From assembly GCF_000009705.1 (NCBI RefSeq), contig NC_003272.1:5730001-5762000 (forward strand): a DNA stretch of 32,000 nucleotides, in the 5' to 3' direction. Under the pieces are notes generated by a model. That model had not been told where the DNA came from. It saw only the letters and a list, made by a program, of their open reading frames with translations, and did no database searches. The stretch is from Nostoc sp. PCC 7120 = FACHB-418. GTDB lineage: Bacteria > Cyanobacteriota > Cyanobacteriia > Cyanobacteriales > Nostocaceae. This document shows, one piece after another, positions 27,501 through 32,000 of this stretch. The position numbers and the translations under genes were made by a program. How positions within the stretch are numbered: position 1 is the first letter of the stretch; each line of letters begins with the position of its first letter.

Positions 27501-29169
27501 CTAGGTTTTGTCCTAATGTTCCTACCCAATCTGTATACACTCGTAACAGTATAGGTAAAGCATCACGTTCAGCAATAGGCTTTTCCTGCAAAGCGGGTAT
27601 TAGACCAGCTTGTAAAATAGAGCTTTTACCCACCCCTGATTGACCATGAATGACAGTCAATTTATGTTCGGTGCTACTAATCCTTTCTCGCAAACGTTGA
27701 ACATCCCTTTCTCGACCAGAAGCAACTATTTCTTGAGCAATTGTTCCCTTTCTGTCTACTTGTAATTGTGCGGGATTAATCGCCTGAAGCTGAGGATTGA
27801 GATAAGATGCGCCAACAAAGGCACAAAAACCATATTGTTGTTCAATTTGTAGTTGCTCTTGTTTAGCTTGAAAAGCTGCTAAATATTGACCTTGCTCAAA
27901 ATAGACATTACTTAACATCTCTAAAATATTAATATAAAGCCTGGGATTATAGTAAGCCTGGGTTTCAGTTTTGGCTGCTAATAAATTGCTGACAGCATCG
28001 GCATTTTCATTTAGTTCTTTTTGGGAGCGGGCTAAGATAAATAGATATAAACTCCGTTCAGGAACTTTTTGATTCGAGATATTCTTCAGTCTTTGTAATG
28101 CTTTTTGAGCAAGTTTTTTAGCCTCATACCATTGAAAACTTTCTAAAGAAACTTCAGCTAAAAACCCATAAGATTGGGCAATTTTTAGCGATTGACCGTA
28201 ATTTTTATGCAGTTTTAATGATTTATGCGCTAAGTTATATAAATCTGGCCAAGCATTTAAGTTCCTTAACACCTCTCCTAACGTATTAATATACTTGGCA
28301 ATTAAATTATCAAAATGTCCTTTTTCTAAAATAGCAATACATCGCTGAAGATATTTTCTGGCTTTTTGGTAACATCCCTGATTATCTATCAGATTTTTCT
28401 CCGCCTGTCTCACATAAGTCAAACCAATGTTAAATAGTAATATTCCTTGCCGTTTCAAATTATGATTTTTTTGCCAGAAATCTAAACTATCTTGATAATG
28501 AGCTAAAGCAGAGTCTGTATGGTCGTGTAAATAATCATGTAAACCCCGGACAAACTCCAGGTTAGCTTGAATGACTTGATTTAATTCTCTACCTCTGTTT
28601 TGCAAATCTTGAATTCCTCGATTTAATTCCCAACAAATCTGGGGATTGGGAATTACATCACCAATAAAGACTTCATCAGTTTTTCTCTGAATAAAACTTA
28701 TTAACTCATTAGTGTTACTTTCAAATGGAATAATAGTAGCCCAATTTTCTAAATCGGTGGCTAATCTAATGAACTTTTGGAGAACTTGGTCATTAACCCA
28801 TAACATTATAGGAAAAGGAAAGTTTTTTCTAAACTCTTCTCTTACTCGGTTAGCCGCAGTCAGCACAGTATCAATATCTTGAGCAGACTCTAAGCCAAAG
28901 ACAATCAATGCGGGTGGTTGTTCATCTCCTAATTGTTCATTTATATTTGTGTAGAGTGTTTTTACTGTTTCTGGTAAAGTGATTTCATGTATTTTGATTG
29001 GAGAAATTTGATGTAGTTGTTGGGTAATGCGTTTACGCAAAGCCGCGTAATTACAACGCAATAATATTAAGGAAAATTCTCCCTGAGAAAAAGTAATTGC
29101 CCTTACCAAAGTTTGTAACGACTGCTCATTCTCAGGAGTTAAGTTATGGGAATTAGGTAGATTATTCAT
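24514..29169 (-). CDS. giant STAND-type P-loop NTPase with an unknown N-domain, TPR region, coiled coil and 14 WD40 repeats
   Basis: Walker A is IHGQSGVGKSS and the Walker B-like block is LLTVLIFDQFEEFF, the hhhhDQFEE signature I associate with the novel-STAND/NACHT-related group. TPR-like helical repeats lie N-terminal to the NTPase. A coiled coil is present (ELLAELEQERQQRKQIEQELERVETILTQVNAELEKQQ). Then come 14 consecutive 41-aa GH...WD-type units. The C-terminal tail is RGCNWLQDYLENNP. Confidence 0.9.
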   Translation of the reverse strand: MNNLPNSHNLTPENEQSLQTLVRAITFSQGEFSLILLRCNYAALRKRITQQLHQISPIKIHEITLPETVKTLYTNINEQLGDEQPPALIVFGLESAQDIDTVLTAANRVREEFRKNFPFPIMLWVNDQVLQKFIRLATDLENWATIIPFESNTNELISFIQRKTDEVFIGDVIPNPQICWELNRGIQDLQNRGRELNQVIQANLEFVRGLHDYLHDHTDSALAHYQDSLDFWQKNHNLKRQGILLFNIGLTYVRQAEKNLIDNQGCYQKARKYLQRCIAILEKGHFDNLIAKYINTLGEVLRNLNAWPDLYNLAHKSLKLHKNYGQSLKIAQSYGFLAEVSLESFQWYEAKKLAQKALQRLKNISNQKVPERSLYLFILARSQKELNENADAVSNLLAAKTETQAYYNPRLYINILEMLSNVYFEQGQYLAAFQAKQEQLQIEQQYGFCAFVGASYLNPQLQAINPAQLQVDRKGTIAQEIVASGRERDVQRLRERISSTEHKLTVIHGQSGVGKSSILQAGLIPALQEKPIAERDALPILLRVYTDWVGTLGQNLAQAVEEVRGYKLSHDLNSAVAIREQLQKNSERHLLTVLIFDQFEEFFFVYTDKASRKAFYDFLSFCLDIPFVKIVLSLREDYLHYLLELERLFNLGSINNNILDKNIRYYLGNFSPADAKAIIQNLTEKTHFYLEPKLIDKLVEDLSCQFGEVRPIELQIVGAQMQTEKINTLEKYCQFGTKEKLVERFLETVIRNCGSENEHMARLVLYLLTDENGTRPLKTRTDLASDLKPEIKTLDLILEIFVKSGLVLLLPEVPADRYQLVHDYLVPFIRQQQGNELLAELEQERQQRKQIEQELERVETILTQVNAELEKQQVALREAQAGTTLEQEGVSAVRQFDFAQLDALMSAMRSGKALQALVKDGRSLAKYPATSPLLALQTILDNIQERNQFQGHQAWVRSVSFSRDGQYILTASDDCTARLWNLQGKQLISLQGHEDTIWSANFSPDGKYIATASSDRTARLWNFSGQQLAKFQGHQGYVRSVSFSPDGKHIATAGDDHTARLWSFSGQQLVQFPGHQGTVWCISFSPDGKHIATAADDRIVRLWNLKGKLLVRFPGHQDCVWDVSFSPDSQYIATASSDGTSRLWNLAGEQITRFRGHQGVVWSVRFSPNGQYIATTSSDRTARVWNLNGQQLAQFSGHQDYVRSVSFSPDGKYIATASSDRTVRLWHLNKQQFSAFQGHQSTVRSVDFSPDGQKVVTAADDRTVRLWNIKGEELLQFLGHRGKVWSVSFSPDGKYIATTSSDRTVRLWDITGQLLQQFPGHQGTVWSVSFSPDGQHIATASSDLTTRLWSLDGQELMQFKGHDKWVRYVSFSCNGQHIATAADDCTARLWNLAGRQVGQFLGHQSIVWSVNFSPDCQYLVTASEDHTAKLWTLDGQIVTEFRGHQAPVKSAVFSHNGQYIATSSDDRTARLWNLNGQQLAQFKGHKGAVRSISISPDDQYIATASDDRTVRLWPIENLDQLLARGCNWLQDYLENNPHVTESDRRLCDILK
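24631..26322 (-). repeat. intragenic 123-bp periodic array encoding 14 WD40 blades
   Basis: The units follow xGHxxxVxSVSFSPDGxxIATASxDxTxRLWNLxGxxLxxF and are recognisably repeated at the DNA level (for example GGGCTAAAACT.AC.CTCCAAAC recurs). Fourteen blades would give two 7-bladed propellers. Confidence 0.9.
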
Positions 29170-29189
29170 CTTATGAACAAGACAACATC

Positions 29190-30494
29190 TTATAATTTAA
29201 AGTCTTTGGCTTCTGCCAAAATCGGATTAATATCAAACCAGGAACCATCCTCGTCTCGGTATTCAAATACAAACATACTGGGAAGCAAAAGTTCATATTT
29301 TTCATGACCTCTCAAGCTTTTATCTTGCGCTACTTCGTAAAGAACTTCCCATTCATCAGGAGTAATAGCCAATGAAAGTTCATTACAGCGTTGTTTAATT
29401 ACCCTATCTAGACATTTCCGCGAAATGGGGGGGTCTTCTTGTTGAAGACAGCGAAATAATATCATGAGCAAATTACGCAAATGGCCACCACTAACTAAGC
29501 ACAGTCTATCCAATGTTTCAGCGCTATCAAAAACCTCTGTAATTAACGTTTGGTTTTGTTCCCAACTTACGCCAGGAAACGCCCTGGCCATTACCATCTG
29601 TTGTAGTAAGTTGATTCCCTGGGCAAATTTAGTACCGTTTTGAAGTTTTACAGGTACCATTGGCAGGACTTTGGGGTCAATACCAAAACGATTTGTTAAT
29701 CTACCTAAAGCATTGGAGAATATTAAAACTAAGGGAATTGTATAAACAACATGGCAGTTTAGTTGGTTTAACTGTTCACCACGTTCTACAAATAAATATT
29801 CAGGCTGGATTTGTCCTGTAGGCTTCAATGAGTTATCAATGCGGTCAAGATTGTCAATGATGACCACTAATCCTTTTTTACCTTGCAATTTCAGTTTAGC
29901 GATCGCTGGTTGTAGTAGTTCTTTATTGATAGACTCTAAAATACCATTGGTGCGTGGTTCTAGATATTGCCGTAATTGCGATCGCAGTTTCGGACTATCT
30001 TTAGTTTTAGCGGTAATTTTGCCAATACCTACAGATAACTCCGCTTCTACGCCAATATCTAGGGGTGTTTGCAAAAAACCCACAATTTCTGTAAACAAAT
30101 TTTGGAAGTATCCAGGTTTGAGGTTAATCTTGATTGCCTCTAGACTTTGACTCACCTCACGGGCTATTGCTAATAAAATATCTGTCACGTCTACATCAGC
30201 CATATCCAGGCTTTGGCTAGACTCAAAGTACACTACATGAAATCCCTGCTGTTCTAACTCTGATTTCAGGCGGAGTAATTCCGTTGATTTACCACAACCA
30301 ATATGACCAGTAAACAACTGACAAGTAGGTTCATCTGGTGAAAGCCTGGTGATAGTTCGCCCTAATTCGTCAATAATCTTGCTACCCCGCACCTTAGAAA
30401 AATCAATGTAATATTGTCTATCCTCCGGTTTGCTGACAGCCAAAGTTTTGCTAGGATTGCACGCCTGAAAAAACCTGATTAAATCTAACTTCAT
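29190..30494 (-). CDS. AAA+/ORC-Cdc6-like P-loop ATPase (sensor-less STAND-like), upstream partner of the WD40 gene
   Basis: Walker A is FTGHIGCGKSTEL, Walker B is GLVVIIDNLDR, and a sensor-2-like SGGHLRNL is followed by a small C-terminal helical (winged-helix-like) region. The stop lies 20 nt upstream of the ATG of 24514..29169 on the same strand. Confidence 0.75.
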   Translation of the reverse strand: MKLDLIRFFQACNPSKTLAVSKPEDRQYYIDFSKVRGSKIIDELGRTITRLSPDEPTCQLFTGHIGCGKSTELLRLKSELEQQGFHVVYFESSQSLDMADVDVTDILLAIAREVSQSLEAIKINLKPGYFQNLFTEIVGFLQTPLDIGVEAELSVGIGKITAKTKDSPKLRSQLRQYLEPRTNGILESINKELLQPAIAKLKLQGKKGLVVIIDNLDRIDNSLKPTGQIQPEYLFVERGEQLNQLNCHVVYTIPLVLIFSNALGRLTNRFGIDPKVLPMVPVKLQNGTKFAQGINLLQQMVMARAFPGVSWEQNQTLITEVFDSAETLDRLCLVSGGHLRNLLMILFRCLQQEDPPISRKCLDRVIKQRCNELSLAITPDEWEVLYEVAQDKSLRGHEKYELLLPSMFVFEYRDEDGSWFDINPILAEAKDFKL

Positions 30495-30726
30495 GAGAAA
30501 TCACCCGAAATCAGCCTGGTAATAGCCCTATATTTCAGGATTATAACGATATCATTACTAATAATTAGAAATTGCTAATAAAAGGTTATTTTCTACAACT
30601 TGAATTTTATTTGTACAGGGAATAATCTAACAATTACATCCAACCTCGCAGCTTTTGATGCACCTGTGCAAAGTGCCATATATAGTTAGTCATCAAGTTT
30701 GTATTTATCAGCAGCCTCAACTATAT

Positions 30727-30875
30727 ATAGGATTCATACTTGATTTTTGAAATACACGTAGGGTGGGCAATGCCCACCAGCTCATGGTTTTGGTAGACAA
30801 TGCCCACCCTACAAGTACTGATAATTTTATGTGCAAGCGCAGGCTACGCCAACAGAAATCAAATCGGATTCCTAT
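30727..30875. repeat. MITE-like dispersed element, copy 2
   Basis: The termini are ATAGGATTCATACTTGATTT ... AAATCAAATCGGATTCCTAT (inverted). The internal long hairpin is GTAGGGTGGGCAATGCCCACC ... CAATGCCCACCCTAC. It shares the core and the right end with 9418..9539 and lies about 230 bp upstream of the ATPase/WD40 operon. Confidence 0.7.
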
Positions 30876-31177
30876 ATTCTTGAGCTAAAAGTAAATGATT
30901 TTCCGCTTCGTAATACAATCCCAAATAAAGTTTTTTACTAATAACTTCGTTCCATTGCCGGAGTTAATTTTCTAAATAATTGATAAATAACATAATTGGT
31001 AAGCTGTAATTTTAACTATCAACAACTGCAAGTGTAATAATTTATATTTAATTCTACTTTCAGGTAATCCTGCTGAGTTGAGTAGGATAGGAAATTATTC
31101 ATGCACAGACATAGACAAGGGAGAAAGACAGCTTGTTATGTCATACTGGGTTCTTGGTGTTAAATTTATATTGATCT

Positions 31178-31654
31178 ATGTCTGGTGTGAAAGAATATCC
31201 TGGGGAACAATACATAATTATTCGCCACAGTCAACGCTTAATTAAAAGTTTTCAGTATTGGACAGGAAATTTATTACTAGATGTGCATGGATCACCTGAT
31301 GAAACAGCGTTGGCATTATTTGAAGCACCATTTGTCTTAGTTTCTCATGGTACGGAACCAGACCCAATTTTTAACTACGGTAATCGCAAAGCTTTAGAAC
31401 TATGGGAAATGTCTTGGAATGAATTTACGAAAATGCCTTCGCGCAAGAGTGCTGAGGAGATGGTACAACAAGAACGCGATCGCCTGTTAGCAGAAGCAGC
31501 AACTCAAGGTTTTAGTTACTACTCTGGTGTACGCATTACCAGCACTGGCAAACGCTTTTATATGCAAGACGGTATCATCTGGAATCTGCTGGATGAACAA
31601 CACCAGTATTGTGGTCAAGCAGCTGTTTCCTATAATTATCAATTTATTACATAA
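31178..31654 (+). CDS. standalone MEKHLA-domain (PAS-like) protein
   Basis: The segments FVLVSHGTEPDPIFNYGNRKALELWEMSWNEFTKMPSRKSAE...ERDRLL...GFSYYSGVRITSTGKRFYMQDGIIWNLLDE...GQAA match the conserved blocks of cyanobacterial MEKHLA proteins as I recall them. Confidence 0.75.
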   Translation: MSGVKEYPGEQYIIIRHSQRLIKSFQYWTGNLLLDVHGSPDETALALFEAPFVLVSHGTEPDPIFNYGNRKALELWEMSWNEFTKMPSRKSAEEMVQQERDRLLAEAATQGFSYYSGVRITSTGKRFYMQDGIIWNLLDEQHQYCGQAAVSYNYQFIT

Positions 31655-31694
31655 CCATGATTTGATTGCTAACGGTTAACCGCCAACAGTGAAG

Positions 31695-31716
31695 GAGACG
31701 CGATTCATCGCGTCTC
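31695..31716 (+). terminator. stem-loop downstream of the MEKHLA gene
   Basis: GAGACGCGA ttca TCGCGTCTC has a 9-bp perfect stem and a 4-nt loop, 40 nt after the stop. A T-run occurs only about 25 nt further on, so intrinsic-terminator status is uncertain. It may be a dispersed repeat hairpin. Confidence 0.4.
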
Positions 31717-31879
31717 TACAGATGGTTTATTTGTCGCATTCTTTTTTCCGATTGGTATTAGATGGGGGATATTTTAAATCTTGATACCGTTTAACTCTTA
31801 TTCATCCACTGGCTAGAAGAAACTACTAGCAAAATTTACTACTCTGAGTCTAGTGAGTTAAAAATCAGGAAAAACGCCA

Positions 31880-32000
31880 GTGGTTCCCATTAGAGATAAT
31901 AATCCTGTAACAATTACGCCTTATGTGACTTATGGGCTAATTGCTGCCAATATCCTCGCTTTTTTGTATGAAGCTAATCTTCCTCCCCAAGCATTGGATG
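31880..32000 (+). CDS. rhomboid-family intramembrane serine protease, N-terminal part (runs off the window)
   Basis: The frame is open from 31862 to the window end and the first start is GTG 31880. The translation (M)VPIRDNNPVTITPYVTYGLIAANILAFLYEANLPPQALD has the PxRDxNP...P.VTY.LI..N...F opening typical of bacterial rhomboids. It is not in the supplied ORF track because it is truncated. Confidence 0.55.
   Translation, partial: MVPIRDNNPVTITPYVTYGLIAANILAFLYEANLPPQALD

Overview
The window looks like a chromosomal segment of a filamentous Nostoc/Anabaena-type cyanobacterium. The evidence is numerous HIP1 octamers (GCGATCGC), STRR-like heptamer arrays at gene boundaries, MITE-like hairpin elements and a giant WD40 protein. 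I saw no rRNA, tRNA or CRISPR. About 25 genes are supportable. They include a Hanks-type Ser/Thr kinase and a small, visibly AT-rich, HIP1-free island. The island carries an intact cytosine-5 DNA methyltransferase, a cognate PD-(D/E)XK restriction endonuclease split by a 909-bp IS5-family element (23-nt inverted repeats, TTA target duplication, A6G frameshift site), and a solitary RHH protein. Further genes are a membrane-anchored GTPase, a DUF1350-like alpha/beta hydrolase and an AMIN plus class-A beta-lactamase-fold protein. A loose glycan locus holds two small phosphoglycosyl transferases, a GT4 glycosyltransferase, fcl, and a gmd gene broken by an apparent 1-nt deletion, with an ABC permease and 5-formyl-THF cyclo-ligase interspersed. 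The remainder are a CSP41-like SDR protein, a Na+/H+ antiporter, a cytochrome P450, a standalone MEKHLA protein and a partial rhomboid. The best candidate for an undescribed system is a tightly linked two-gene operon on the minus strand (24514..30494). It encodes an ORC/Cdc6-like AAA+ ATPase followed 20 nt later by a 1551-aa protein with an unknown N-domain, TPR, a STAND-type P-loop NTPase, a coiled coil and 14 near-identical WD40 repeats. No recognisable enzymatic effector is present. All functional calls rest on motif recognition by eye; no database search was possible.
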